Notes: a model not told the origin generated them from the letters alone. A stretch of DNA of 64,000 nucleotides from Candidatus Latescibacterota bacterium (GCA_965205975.1 OZ242195.1:2688001-2752000); one strand, 5' to 3'; numbered from the stretch's first letter, positions 29,259-40,189 are shown. Numbers and translations are program-made.

Positions 29259-30503
29259 ATGCAAGTCGAAATCAACAAACACGCCTTAGACCGCGTGCCG
29301 ATATCGATAATTTTTGACGACTCAACCGTACTGATAAATTTGAATTATTTTTTTATGCGAGACCGCCAGGCCGTAGATGGAACGGATTACCGCTGGGAAG
29401 ATGTACCTGTAGTACATCCGGAATCGTTCACGCGCGAATTTGCCGAATTCTGTCTGGAAAACGATGTAAAAGGCAAATTCAGCGTGGTACCGTGTCCCGC
29501 AGCGCTTGGGCGAATAGACCATGGACTCCCCCTGTTCTCCAAAGCGCAGCAGGAAAGCTGGTTGGCAATGTGTCGGGAACTAATTATGCCCAATTACGAC
29601 ATCACGCCGGAAATGATCACACACACCTTCGTAGTAGATCTGGAAACATTGCAACCTGTTGATCCAAACGTGTGGGAACAATGGGGATGGAACAATTTGC
29701 CAACCGACGAAGAAGAGCGGGTGACAAATTATATCGCACTGGCATGTGAGATTTTACACAATGTGGGATTAACCCCTGCAGGAGTGACAAGCCCAGGGGG
29801 ATTTGGCAATCCAATAGACTTTTATGCCAGATGTGCGGAAAACGCCGTGCGCAGGACAACGGGCAATCCAACACCGTATCTATTCAAGCGCGTATCGTCC
29901 AGCGGTGCGGTAGATTGTCCAGTGTGGTATCCCAAACCCGAGCGCGGCGAGGCAATGGGTGAAGTGATCGCCGCGACGGGCGATCGCACGGGATCGTGGA
30001 CCGGATATGGCGAGGTAGATGTAGATTATTACATCACATCGGACCTCCAGGGTGGGCGTTTGCCCGAAGTCATCGACGCGGGCGACCCTGCCGTGATGAT
30101 CAGCCACTGGCAGGGATTTTACGGGATTCACAATGAAGATCGGCGCGGATTTCGGGCATTTCAGACCATTGTGCGAAGGTTAAAAGAACGCGATCCCAAT
30201 GGCGAGAAATCTCAGTGGCGCAAATGCAGTGAAATTACCAACTATGCAATCGCGCGCGAAATGGCCGATATCGAGGTGGCAGAACAAATAATAACACTCA
30301 ATTTACCCGTACAGGTGCCCGAATTCACATTGCGATTGCGTGAAATAACAGTTGCAGGCGTAAAAATAAACGACAAACCCCTGACACCCGCGCTGACGAG
30401 AGCGGCCTTTCGAGATGGCACATATTATCGAGATGGCGATATAACACTGGTAGCTTTTACGCCCGAAGACCGAAATGTCAGAGTTGAAATAGAAAGCCAC
30501 TAA
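29259..30503 (+). CDS. Conserved hypothetical protein (deacetylase-like fold possible)
   Basis: IIFDD, KGKFSVVP, EMITHT, GVTSPGGFG; RBS aggag. Confidence 0.65.
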   Translation: MQVEINKHALDRVPISIIFDDSTVLINLNYFFMRDRQAVDGTDYRWEDVPVVHPESFTREFAEFCLENDVKGKFSVVPCPAALGRIDHGLPLFSKAQQESWLAMCRELIMPNYDITPEMITHTFVVDLETLQPVDPNVWEQWGWNNLPTDEEERVTNYIALACEILHNVGLTPAGVTSPGGFGNPIDFYARCAENAVRRTTGNPTPYLFKRVSSSGAVDCPVWYPKPERGEAMGEVIAATGDRTGSWTGYGEVDVDYYITSDLQGGRLPEVIDAGDPAVMISHWQGFYGIHNEDRRGFRAFQTIVRRLKERDPNGEKSQWRKCSEITNYAIAREMADIEVAEQIITLNLPVQVPEFTLRLREITVAGVKINDKPLTPALTRAAFRDGTYYRDGDITLVAFTPEDRNVRVEIESH

Positions 30504-30514
30504 AAGGAAAATAA

Positions 30515-32596
30515 GTGACTCCAAAAACAGCAAAACTCAAACGAGAAATCGGCTTACTCGGTGTTTATGCAATCTCAACGGGTGCTACTCTGAGTGCTGG
30601 ATTCTTTTTATTACCAGGTCTGGCTGCTGAACAGGCCGGTGCGGCCATTGTGCTGGCCTATATTATCGCCGCTGTTCCACTGGTACCAGCGATGTTCAGC
30701 ATTATTGAACTGGCAACCGCCATGCCTCGCGCAGGTGGCGTGTATTATTTTTTAGACCGGTCCCTCGGACCGTGGATGGGCACGCTTGGAGGCATTGGCA
30801 CCTGGCTGGCACTCGTATTAAAAGTATCGTTCGCACTCGTGGGCCTGGGAGCTTATATCGCGCTCTATGTACCCGAGTTGCCAATAACTCCCGTAGCTGT
30901 CGCAATTGCGATTGGACTGGGCATACTGAATCTATTGGGCGCAGAGAAAAGCGGTGGATTTCAAATTGCACTGGTGCTGGGTTTGTTGATAATTCTGGGG
31001 ATATTTATCGGGGGGGGCGTACCCACTATTGAACGCACGCGATTAACCGCGATATTCGAGGTAGATACCCACACAATTTTATCCACAGCAGGGCTGGTCT
31101 ATATCAGTTATATCGGCGTGACAAAAGTCGCGAGTTTATCTGAAGAAATAAAACATCCCGAGCGCAATTTGCCTCTGGGCGTCATCTTATCATTTATCAC
31201 AGCGGTTCTGGTGTATGCTCTCGGCACCGGCGTCATGGTCGGTGTATTGCCGCTCGAGCAACTCGTGGGAGATTTAACGCCCGCTGCCTCAGCAGCCAAA
31301 GCCGTATTTGGTGATTGGGGCGCGATAATCATCTCTGTGGCCGCCCTCCTCGCCTTTACATCGGTCGCCAATGCCGGAATGCTATCGTCTTCTCGCTACC
31401 CTCTGGCAATGAGCCGCGACCACATGATGCCGGGATTTTTTCAGCATTTGAATGCAAAAGGCGCACCTGTCCAGGGGGTATTGGTGACAATGGGCGTAAT
31501 TGTTTTAATCCTCATCTTTCTCGATCCAACCAGAATTGCCAAATTGGCCAGTGCGTTTCAATTATTGATGTTCGCGCTGTTGTGCCTGGCTGTAATTGTC
31601 ATGCGCGAAAGCGGGTTGGACTCCTACGACTCGGGATATCATTCACCGCTGTACCCGTGGATGCAGTTATTCGGCATAGTATCTTCGTGTGTGTTAATTG
31701 TCGAAATGGGCTGGCTCCCATCCTTGTTTTCTGCTGCACTGATCCTGCTGGGAACGATCTGGTACTTTAAATTTGCCCGGGACAAAGTCACCCGCGATGG
31801 TGCGATTTATCACATGTTTGAACGCTGGGGGCAAAATCGATACACCGGTCTGGATGCCGAACTGAGGGGCATCCTGAAAGAAAAGGGATTGCGCGACGAA
31901 GATCCCTTCGAAGAGATCGCAGCGCGAAGTCTGGTCATCGATCTGGATCGCCCGGCTGAATTTGAGGAGGTCGTGCGGCAGGTAGCGGACTGGCTCGCGG
32001 GTCGGGTGCCGCATACCATCGATGAAATCGAAAAACAATTGCTGGACCGCACGCATATTGGATCGACACCCGTGACGCACGGCGTGGGATTGCCACATCT
32101 GAGGATTGATGGAATTGAACACTGCGAAATGGTCCTCGTGCGATCACTGCCGGGCATTCACATCCAGTTTACAGATTCTCTGACCGGGCACGAAGTAGAA
32201 GCGCAGCTAACCGCGCTCTTTTTCTTATTCAGCCCAGAGCACGACCCCTCACAACACTTGCGTATTCTCGCACAAATTGCGCGGCGAGCAGACGATGAAA
32301 ACTTCTTGCGCGAATGGCACTCCGCCAGCGATGAAGTCGAGTTAAAAGAAGCCCTGTTGCGCGACGAAGCCTTTTTATTATTGACATTGCGCCACAATCA
32401 CGCAACTACAGACCTCATTGGCCGTGCGCTACGCGAAACGAATTTTCCAGAAAGCTGTCTCGTGGCAATGTTGCGCCGCGGCGGGCGCATGGTGATTCCC
32501 CGCGGCGATACCGTGCTGCGAGAAAATGATCGATTGACAATTTTGGGAAACAACGAAGGATTGCGAGACCTCGAAGCGCGATTTGGCGAGCGGTGA
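30515..32596 (+). CDS. APC amino-acid permease fused to PTS EIIA and RCK-C (TrkA-C) domains
   Basis: ELATAMPRAGG, SRYPLAMSRD; GVGLPHLR (EIIA His); IPRGDTVLRENDRL. Confidence 0.88.
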   Translation: MTPKTAKLKREIGLLGVYAISTGATLSAGFFLLPGLAAEQAGAAIVLAYIIAAVPLVPAMFSIIELATAMPRAGGVYYFLDRSLGPWMGTLGGIGTWLALVLKVSFALVGLGAYIALYVPELPITPVAVAIAIGLGILNLLGAEKSGGFQIALVLGLLIILGIFIGGGVPTIERTRLTAIFEVDTHTILSTAGLVYISYIGVTKVASLSEEIKHPERNLPLGVILSFITAVLVYALGTGVMVGVLPLEQLVGDLTPAASAAKAVFGDWGAIIISVAALLAFTSVANAGMLSSSRYPLAMSRDHMMPGFFQHLNAKGAPVQGVLVTMGVIVLILIFLDPTRIAKLASAFQLLMFALLCLAVIVMRESGLDSYDSGYHSPLYPWMQLFGIVSSCVLIVEMGWLPSLFSAALILLGTIWYFKFARDKVTRDGAIYHMFERWGQNRYTGLDAELRGILKEKGLRDEDPFEEIAARSLVIDLDRPAEFEEVVRQVADWLAGRVPHTIDEIEKQLLDRTHIGSTPVTHGVGLPHLRIDGIEHCEMVLVRSLPGIHIQFTDSLTGHEVEAQLTALFFLFSPEHDPSQHLRILAQIARRADDENFLREWHSASDEVELKEALLRDEAFLLLTLRHNHATTDLIGRALRETNFPESCLVAMLRRGGRMVIPRGDTVLRENDRLTILGNNEGLRDLEARFGER

Positions 32597-32611
32597 GTCT
32601 CGGCAACGAGA

Positions 32612-34165
32612 TCACCCGTAGAGACGGCCAACAGTCTTGGGGTCTTTGCGAGCCTCGCGAATGAGGCGATTGCCCCATGTTGTGGGATATTTTCCCGTGA
32701 CACATCCCAGACACAGAGTATCTGTTTCACACCCAATGCTGGAACCCAGATCGGGAACATCGAGGTACCTCAGGCTATCGACATCGAGATCGATAGCCAT
32801 CTTTTTTAGCGTTTGTGCGCTGGGCAAACCGCGGTATCGCACCGGAACGTGTTCAGGGGCAAAAAGTTCGTCCAGGGTGGACATATCAATGCCGTAAAAA
32901 CACGGCGCAACAATGGGCGGACAGGCCACGCGCACATGCACCTCGGTCGCACCACCGATATCGCGCACCTGATGGGCAAGGGTGCGAAGCGTAAGGGAGC
33001 GCACAATAGAATCTTCGACGAGAAAAACGCGCTTGCCCGATAAAACAGAAGCCAATGACGTGTACTTGCTCTTGGCACTCTGTGAGCGGGTAGTTTTGGG
33101 CTGGATAAAAGTGCGCCCCACATAGCGATTGCGGATCACACCTTCCATACAGGGCATATTCAGGTGGTGGGCATAGGCATCGGCTGCTGCTTTGGCCGTA
33201 TCGGGAACGGGCACAACCACACATGAATCGTCAATTTTCTGGTTTTCTTTTTCGGCCAAAATACGACCGGCCTCAGCGCGAGAAGTATAAACGCTGAGGC
33301 CGTCAATTTCACTGGCAACATTGGAAAAATAGACCCACTCAAAAAAACAACGAGCTGTTTTTTTGGGTTCCGTATAGTGCGCAACGCGCAAGTTGCCATT
33401 TTCGACAATCACCATTTCGCCGGGTTCGAGCCATTTTATATCGCTAAAACCAAGATTGGAAAGAGCCGTTGATTCATTGGCAGCGGCAAAGAGGCGGCCT
33501 TTGACCCCCCAGCACATGGGATGCAAACCGAGCGGATCGCGCGAGACGAACATGCGCCCCGAAGCATCGAGAAATGCGATATTATAAGCACCGTCAAAAT
33601 CTCGGGAAAGCGAACGCATCACATCGGCCAAATCGGGTGGGTTTTCACCTTTCAATCGATACGCCAGAGTATGCATGATAATTTCGGTATCGATATTTAG
33701 GGTAAAGTGATACCCCTGCTTGGACAACAAGCGTTCGCGCAACAGCGTGTAATTGGCCAGATTGCCGTTAAAAGCCAGGCTGAACCATTTCCAAATACGC
33801 CCGTGCTGCCGTTCAAAGGGCTGTGCGTAGCGCACATCGTCTTCACCACTGGTGGCATAGCGCGTATGTCCAATCGAAGCTATCCCTGCATATTGGTTGA
33901 TAATGGACTGGTATTTGCCGGGATGCGACATGCGGAAGGCTTCGGTAACGCCGCCCAGATCTCTGAATGTGCGTAAAAGATGATCGCGGTTGGGGTGATA
34001 GGAACAATATCCCGCTGCGAGTTGTCCCCTATTTTGAAGGTCGAGCAACATACTCGGCATAAGTGCTGCAACATTTTCAAAATCATCGGTATCACCGGCA
34101 TCGCCGTTTTCCCCGAGCCAGTAGAGGGCTGCCACGCCGCATTCGTGACCAATATCTTCGCTCAT
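32612..34165 (-). CDS. purF: Amidophosphoribosyltransferase
   Basis: HECGV, GHTRYAT, RNRYVGRTFI, VEDSIVR, CFYGIDM. Confidence 0.95.
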   Translation of the reverse strand: MSEDIGHECGVAALYWLGENGDAGDTDDFENVAALMPSMLLDLQNRGQLAAGYCSYHPNRDHLLRTFRDLGGVTEAFRMSHPGKYQSIINQYAGIASIGHTRYATSGEDDVRYAQPFERQHGRIWKWFSLAFNGNLANYTLLRERLLSKQGYHFTLNIDTEIIMHTLAYRLKGENPPDLADVMRSLSRDFDGAYNIAFLDASGRMFVSRDPLGLHPMCWGVKGRLFAAANESTALSNLGFSDIKWLEPGEMVIVENGNLRVAHYTEPKKTARCFFEWVYFSNVASEIDGLSVYTSRAEAGRILAEKENQKIDDSCVVVPVPDTAKAAADAYAHHLNMPCMEGVIRNRYVGRTFIQPKTTRSQSAKSKYTSLASVLSGKRVFLVEDSIVRSLTLRTLAHQVRDIGGATEVHVRVACPPIVAPCFYGIDMSTLDELFAPEHVPVRYRGLPSAQTLKKMAIDLDVDSLRYLDVPDLGSSIGCETDTLCLGCVTGKYPTTWGNRLIREARKDPKTVGRLYG

Positions 34166-34174
34166 AAAAATCTC

Positions 34175-35278
34175 CTATCCCAACGCTTGATGCTGCATAT
34201 ACTGAATCCCCGCAACGATTTCTTCGTGTGCCACATCATCTCGCGGCACAATTTTTCCGATCCGCTCGGGCAATACAAAGCGGATGATACCATCCCGCGC
34301 TTTCTTATCGCTTGCCATCCGTGCCAACACCTCATCGACCTTCAAATCAGGCACGCCTTTGGGAATGCCCAGACGGGCAATAAGTGCATTTTGCCGCTCG
34401 AACGCATCCCCCGACCACATTCCCTTTTGCATAGCAATATACCCCGCGGCCAGCATCCCCAAACACACCGCCTCGCCGTGTTTGTAATAATCGTAATGTG
34501 TCACTACTTCCAGCGCGTGTCCCACCGTATGGCCGTAATTCAAAATTTCGCGCACGCCTTTCTCGGTTTCATCGGCAGCCACAACACCCGCCTTGATGCG
34601 ACACTGTTGGGCAACGAGCCAATTGATCTGATCCGCAGGCAAGCTTAAACTTGCCGCGCCCTCAATGTGATCTTCCAAAAACGACACCAGACCGGGATCG
34701 CGTATAATCCCGTGCTTGATCACCTCTGCCATACCCGCCCGCACTTCGCGTTCAGGTAAAGTATCGAGCGTAGCCGTATCGATCAACACCCACTTTGGCT
34801 GGTGAAAAGCACCGATCATGTTCTTTCCCAATACGTGATCCACAGCTGTTTTACCCCCCACACTGGCATCGACCTGCGCTTCCAGCGTCGTGGGCACCTG
34901 CACAAAATCAATCCCCCTCAAATACGTCGCAGCGACAAAGCCAGCCATATCGCCAATCACACCGCCGCCCAATGTCACAACACAGGACTTGCGATCCAAT
35001 CCCCCCGCGATCAACTCGCCATATATCTGTCCAGCCGTCTCAAGCGTCTTGTATTGCTCGCCATCGGGCACCGTTACGACCACAACCTTCACACCGGCGC
35101 GGGCGAGACTCTGCTGAACCGTATCGAGATAGAGCGCGGCAACCGTCGGATTGGTCACAATCGCCGCTGTTTCTCCCAACCCGCGTTCCACATACAAATC
35201 GCCCAAATTGCGCAAACAATCACGACCGATTAAAATATCGTAACTTCGATCACCTAAATCAACCGTCACCGTTTCCAT
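34175..35278 (-). CDS. aroB: 3-dehydroquinate synthase
   Basis: GGGVIGDMAGF, VDASVGGKT, LNYGHTVGHA, HGEAV. Confidence 0.97.
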   Translation of the reverse strand: METVTVDLGDRSYDILIGRDCLRNLGDLYVERGLGETAAIVTNPTVAALYLDTVQQSLARAGVKVVVVTVPDGEQYKTLETAGQIYGELIAGGLDRKSCVVTLGGGVIGDMAGFVAATYLRGIDFVQVPTTLEAQVDASVGGKTAVDHVLGKNMIGAFHQPKWVLIDTATLDTLPEREVRAGMAEVIKHGIIRDPGLVSFLEDHIEGAASLSLPADQINWLVAQQCRIKAGVVAADETEKGVREILNYGHTVGHALEVVTHYDYYKHGEAVCLGMLAAGYIAMQKGMWSGDAFERQNALIARLGIPKGVPDLKVDEVLARMASDKKARDGIIRFVLPERIGKIVPRDDVAHEEIVAGIQYMQHQALG

Positions 35279-35292
35279 CACACCTTCCTTGG

Positions 35293-35568
35293 CTACGGAA
35301 ATATCCTGTAAATATCTCTTCGATGAGCAATACGTTGGCATATAATCACTCTGTTTTCTCGTTCAACCGCGATCCCTATACGATAATTGCCAATGCGGAT
35401 CTTATATTTGTCTCGGTATCCTTTCATGCTTTCGATATATCCTAATTGAAAGGGGTTAGTTGAAGAAAGTTGATGAAATACAATGGCTTCTGCTCGTTTT
35501 TGAATATGTTTGGGGAGGCGGGCCAGTTCCCTCAAAAATCTCTCCGTATAATCAACTCTCCAGTTCAT
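35293..35568 (-). CDS. RelE/ParE-family toxin
   Basis: YKIRIGNYRIG...HRRDIYR. Confidence 0.9.
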   Translation of the reverse strand: MNWRVDYTERFLRELARLPKHIQKRAEAIVFHQLSSTNPFQLGYIESMKGYRDKYKIRIGNYRIGIAVERENRVIICQRIAHRRDIYRIFP

Positions 35569-35761
35569 TTTTCAGTGACCGATAGTGTTGGTATGCTTCT
35601 TCTCCTGTGAGACAAGGCTCATCTTGGACTTCATCCATCAGGCGTGAGAGACCGTAATTTTCAATGATCTCTTCGATGCGCTCAAATTCCGCAAGCGGAA
35701 TCTGCACAGCGATTGGATTTTGGTTTTCGTCGAGAACGTAGTTTTTGTGTATTTCCAACAT
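35552..35761 (-). CDS. Cognate antitoxin
   Basis: Small acidic ORF (YVLDENQNPIAVQIP) overlapping the toxin start. Confidence 0.8.
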   Translation of the reverse strand: MLEIHKNYVLDENQNPIAVQIPLAEFERIEEIIENYGLSRLMDEVQDEPCLTGEEAYQHYRSLKNELES

Positions 35762-35762
35762 T

Positions 35763-36338
35763 TTACCTCCTCATTGTTCGTCCCTGTTTATCAATGGTTC
35801 TAAAAACACTCTGTAATTCAATCAAAGCCGTCTCTGCCGTATCTTCGGGCGTGTGATCATTTGTCGAGGTTGCAAACGCATCTGCACGCGCATAAAAACG
35901 TTCTCGCTCTGCCATCATTACCTTAATTTTGTTTTTCAAATCCTCGTCATCCAGCCTGGCCAGCAAGGGCCTTTCATCGCGTTTGCGACTGACCCGTTCA
36001 AAAATTGTATCGACAGAAGCGCGGAAACACAGACATACGCCGGTCTCGCGAATAACTTCCCAATTCCGTTCCTGAGTAATGGCACCACCGCCGAGAGAAA
36101 CGACCACATTGTCCATCTTCGATGCCACGACAACCGCCTGGTGTTCCAACTGGCGAAACGCGGTTTCACCGTCTTGTTCAAAAATATCGGGAATTGTTTT
36201 CCCAGCAGCATCGACCAGCAATTCATCCGTATCGACAAAGGTACGCTTCAACCACCCGGCCAAAATGCGCCCAACTCTGGTTTTCCCCGTTGCCATAAAA
36301 CCGGTGAGGAATATGGGTTTATCAGGTAGATCAAACAC
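35763..36338 (-). CDS. aroK: Shikimate kinase
   Basis: GFMATGKT, GETAFR, SLGGG, RPLL. Confidence 0.95.
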   Translation of the reverse strand: MFDLPDKPIFLTGFMATGKTRVGRILAGWLKRTFVDTDELLVDAAGKTIPDIFEQDGETAFRQLEHQAVVVASKMDNVVVSLGGGAITQERNWEVIRETGVCLCFRASVDTIFERVSRKRDERPLLARLDDEDLKNKIKVMMAERERFYARADAFATSTNDHTPEDTAETALIELQSVFRTIDKQGRTMRR

Positions 36339-36360
36339 AGTGTTCTTCCACGATATGGTA

Positions 36361-38067
36361 TCACATCTGTTCTGGCGCTTTCATCCCCAGCATAGTTAGG
36401 CCCGATGCCAGCACCGTCTTAATCGCATAGACCAGTGCAACGCGGGCAACCGTCAAATCCGCTTGTTCAGAAATAACCTGATGGGCATTGTAAAACCGAT
36501 TGGCGACCGTACACAATTCAATCATAAGCGTTGTCACAGCAGAGGGTTCGTATTCGTCCGCAGCCTTTTGAATCTGCCCGGGGAAACGCGCAAGACATTT
36601 GACGACCTCAATGGCTTCTGGTTCATTTAACAACGCGAAGTCGATATCCCGCGGCGGCAAAGTACCGTCATAACGCCGCAACACACTGCAATATCGCGCA
36701 TGAGTATATTGCAGATAGGGACCGGTTTCGCCGTTGAAATTTAGAACCTCGTCCCAATCAAACACAATATCGCGCGTCCTTTTGGAATCCAGATCCGCAA
36801 AAATAATCGCACCAATGCCCACATCTCGTGCAATCTGATCACTATTTGGCAAATCGGGATTCTTATCGGCAATAATTTTCCGCGTTAACTCAATCGCGCG
36901 ATTCAGCACATCTTCTAAAAAAACCACATTGCCCCTGCGCGTTGAGGCCCCACTGCCATCTTTGAATCGCAACCGCCCAAATTGCACATGCGCGCATTTT
37001 TCTCGCCAGTCGTGTTCCATCAATTCCAACACCTGAAACAACTGGCGAAAATACAGCGATTGCGCTACATCCACCACATAGAGCAACTTTTCAAAGCGAT
37101 ATGTTTCCCACCGGTACTCCAGCGCGGCCAAATCGCGTGTACCGTACAATGTCGCATCGTCGCTTCGCAATGCAATCAAAGGCGGCATATCCCATTTTTC
37201 CAAATCCACAATAGTTGCGCCGTCACTCTCGGTCAGCAACCCCTTTGACCGCAATCGATCCAATGTCGCGGACATCTTATCCTGATAAAAACTCTCGCCA
37301 GCAATCGACTCAAACCCAATGCCCAGCATATCGTAAACGCGATCAAACTCCTTAAAACTCACATCCACACACACCTGCCACATCCGCACTGCTTCTTCAT
37401 CGCCGTCTTCGAGGCGGCGAAACCAATCGCGGGCTTCTTGTTCGAGTTCGGGATTGTCTTCAATCTCTTCGTTAATTCGAACATAGAGTTCCAGCAACTT
37501 CTGAATGGTAATATCCGCCGTCAATTCGCCCTCACCCCAGTAATTCCACGCCAGAATCAATTTCGCAAACTGGGATCCCCAATCGCCCAGATGATTCACC
37601 CCAATCACTTCGTAGCCCAACGCCCGATAAATATTTCGCAAAGCATTGCCAATCACCGTTGACCGCAGATGGTGAATGCCAAATGGTTTGGCAATATTGG
37701 GATGCGAAAAATCGATCACAATCGTCTTTCCAACGCCTTGATCTCCGCGCCCGTAATCCGCACCTTGTTCGAGAACTACCGAGAGTGTCCCCTCCACCAA
37801 ATTGGCCTTCGGCACAAAAAAATTTAGATACGGACCCGCGGGACGCACCTCTGAAATTCGATCACCCGTCGCAATTTGTGCACATAGCTCTTCGGCAATA
37901 AGATGGGGTGCTTTGCGAAAAATTTTAGCCAGTGTAAAACACGGCAATGCATAATCGCCCATCTCGGGTTTGGGCGGCGTTTCGATCAGCGCTCTCACAT
38001 CGCCACAAGACATCTCAGTTGCTTTTGACACCTGCAATACAATTTCTTCGACAAAAGGATTGACCAT
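36361..38067 (-). CDS. argS: Arginyl-tRNA synthetase
   Basis: DFSHPNIAKPFGIHHLRST, NHLGDWG, GPYLQYTHAR. Confidence 0.97.
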   Translation of the reverse strand: MVNPFVEEIVLQVSKATEMSCGDVRALIETPPKPEMGDYALPCFTLAKIFRKAPHLIAEELCAQIATGDRISEVRPAGPYLNFFVPKANLVEGTLSVVLEQGADYGRGDQGVGKTIVIDFSHPNIAKPFGIHHLRSTVIGNALRNIYRALGYEVIGVNHLGDWGSQFAKLILAWNYWGEGELTADITIQKLLELYVRINEEIEDNPELEQEARDWFRRLEDGDEEAVRMWQVCVDVSFKEFDRVYDMLGIGFESIAGESFYQDKMSATLDRLRSKGLLTESDGATIVDLEKWDMPPLIALRSDDATLYGTRDLAALEYRWETYRFEKLLYVVDVAQSLYFRQLFQVLELMEHDWREKCAHVQFGRLRFKDGSGASTRRGNVVFLEDVLNRAIELTRKIIADKNPDLPNSDQIARDVGIGAIIFADLDSKRTRDIVFDWDEVLNFNGETGPYLQYTHARYCSVLRRYDGTLPPRDIDFALLNEPEAIEVVKCLARFPGQIQKAADEYEPSAVTTLMIELCTVANRFYNAHQVISEQADLTVARVALVYAIKTVLASGLTMLGMKAPEQM

Positions 38068-38093
38068 AAAAGACTACCTCTCCTCCAGTTCCC

Positions 38094-38558
38094 TTATTTC
38101 AAAATATCCAAATCCAAAATTTTCTGTACATCGGCCTTAATCTGTACGGGCACCCGAAATCGATAGTTTTTTCGTTGAGAAATGAGTTCCAAATCGCGCT
38201 CTGTACGCCACACATATCTCGAAAAACGCTGCCAGGGCATATAGCGCATACCCATCAGCAATCCGCGCTCACTCATAGTTACGCGAATAGTAGCATACGC
38301 GATATAAAAAAATTCGAGAGACAGCAAAAAACCGAACAATTGCGGCACAAATCCCACGCCATCTGAGATCGCAGCTCCCCGAAACAGCACAATACCCCCC
38401 ATCACTATCAAAAACACATCCCATCGCTTCTGCAAAAAAACCACCACAGGCTCTTGCGCATTGGACACATGACGTCGCAATCGCCAATAGGCCACAATAG
38501 ACGCGCCCAATAAAATGGGAGCGAGAATCAACACGATTTGTATGAGCGTCAAAGACAT
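38094..38558 (-). CDS. Hypothetical membrane protein
   Basis: Three hydrophobic segments and a basic C-terminal domain; tightly packed in the operon. Confidence 0.7.
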   Translation of the reverse strand: MSLTLIQIVLILAPILLGASIVAYWRLRRHVSNAQEPVVVFLQKRWDVFLIVMGGIVLFRGAAISDGVGFVPQLFGFLLSLEFFYIAYATIRVTMSERGLLMGMRYMPWQRFSRYVWRTERDLELISQRKNYRFRVPVQIKADVQKILDLDILK

Positions 38559-38559
38559 G

Positions 38560-39321
38560 TTACGATTTCGAAGCCAGATAAATGGTTGCAATCCCAAAGC
38601 TCAACCGAACTGCCTGTATATCGACAAATCCCGCATCGGACAATCGCCGACAAAAATCATCACCTTCGGGAAAAAGCATCACAGATTCATACAAATATCG
38701 ATAGGCATTCGGATCGCGGGAGACCATGTGTCCAATACGAGGCAAAATACGCTGAAAATAAAAATTGTAAAGGCCGCGAAACACAGGGGTTCGCGGCCTG
38801 GAAAACTCCAGCACAGCCACGCGCCCACCCACCTTGAGCACGCGACACATCTCACTCAGGGCCGTTTCCAACTCGGCCACATTGCGAATGCCAAATCCGA
38901 TTGTCACGCCGTCAAATGTCTCTTCCTCAAAAGGGAGACACTCCCCATCACCACACAAAAACGCGACCGGATTTGCTCGCGACTCATTTTTTTTTGTGCC
39001 CTCGCGCAACATCGGCACCGAAGGATCGACACCAATCACCTGAATATCGTCAGCGCGCTTGCCGCATTCAAACCCCAAATCGCCCGTGCCCGTAGCCAGA
39101 TCTAAGATGCGCCAGTTCGGCCCGGGTCGCAATCGGTCAATAGTCTTTTTTCGCCAAACAATATCAACGCCCATGCTCAACAGGTGGTTGAGCAAATCGT
39201 ATCTGCGGGCAATCCCGTCAAACATCTGTCGCACAAAAGCGCGCTTGGCTTCTGGTTTGAGCAACACATCGTGCGCGATACCCGCAGAAGCTTTAGGGCT
39301 ATCCCTGTGCTCACCTCTCAT
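38560..39321 (-). CDS. ubiE: UbiE/MenG quinone methyltransferase
   Basis: MFDGIARRYDLLN, LDLATGTGD, FGIRNV, AYRYLYES. Confidence 0.93.
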   Translation of the reverse strand: MRGEHRDSPKASAGIAHDVLLKPEAKRAFVRQMFDGIARRYDLLNHLLSMGVDIVWRKKTIDRLRPGPNWRILDLATGTGDLGFECGKRADDIQVIGVDPSVPMLREGTKKNESRANPVAFLCGDGECLPFEEETFDGVTIGFGIRNVAELETALSEMCRVLKVGGRVAVLEFSRPRTPVFRGLYNFYFQRILPRIGHMVSRDPNAYRYLYESVMLFPEGDDFCRRLSDAGFVDIQAVRLSFGIATIYLASKS

Positions 39322-40189
39322 TTTTTGTGCCGACCCGTTTGACAACGACATTTTTCATCACATCGGTCGGTGGCTCAACACCCGTCCAGATCGCAAAAGA
39401 CCGCGCCCCTTGAAAAACCAGCATATCCAACCCTCCAAAAGCCGGCGCACCAACCGACTGAAACGCACGCATCAACTGCGTTTCCAGCGGATTGAACACC
39501 GTATCGTAGAGCACCAAATCTGAATGTACAGCACTCACATCGTCAAGAGGCGAGGCATTGACCTCGGGATACATCCCCAGCGAAGTGGTATTCACAACCA
39601 CGCCTGCATCGGTAAACGCTCTGTATTGCGCATCGGCATCCAACGCGCCCACATCCATTTTTGTACCCGTTATTTCTTCCATATCCACTGCCAGATCCTC
39701 GGCGCGCTCGACCGTGCGATTCAAAATCGTCACCCGCTGCACACCTTCTTGTGTCCCCAGCGCGTACGTCACAGCGCGGGCAGCCCCACCGGCGCCGAGC
39801 ACCACGCAATGCGCGGGAAATGTCTCAATCCCCGCAATATCGCGCAATGCCGTCAAGACGCCATAGACATCCGTATTGTATCCGACCAACTCATCTTCTT
39901 CGCGCGAAATAGTATTGACCGCACCCACAGCCAGCGCTTCTTCTGAAATGCGATCCAGGTGTTCCATCACCGCCAGCTTGTGCGGAATAGTCACATTTAA
40001 CCCGCGAATATTCAGCCCGCGCAACCCCTGCATCGCCTCGCCCACGCGGTCGGGCAACACGTGAAAAGCCACATAACAATAATCCACATCTAATGCGGCA
40101 ATTGCCGCATTGTGCATATCGGGGGAAAACGAATGAGCCACCGGGTCACCAATAACGCCCAGCACCTGACTTGTTGCGCGAATATTCAT
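39311..40189 (-). CDS. aroE: Shikimate dehydrogenase
   Basis: HSFSPDMHN, NVTIPHK, NTD, GAGGAA. Confidence 0.95.
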   Translation of the reverse strand: MNIRATSQVLGVIGDPVAHSFSPDMHNAAIAALDVDYCYVAFHVLPDRVGEAMQGLRGLNIRGLNVTIPHKLAVMEHLDRISEEALAVGAVNTISREEDELVGYNTDVYGVLTALRDIAGIETFPAHCVVLGAGGAARAVTYALGTQEGVQRVTILNRTVERAEDLAVDMEEITGTKMDVGALDADAQYRAFTDAGVVVNTTSLGMYPEVNASPLDDVSAVHSDLVLYDTVFNPLETQLMRAFQSVGAPAFGGLDMLVFQGARSFAIWTGVEPPTDVMKNVVVKRVGTKNER

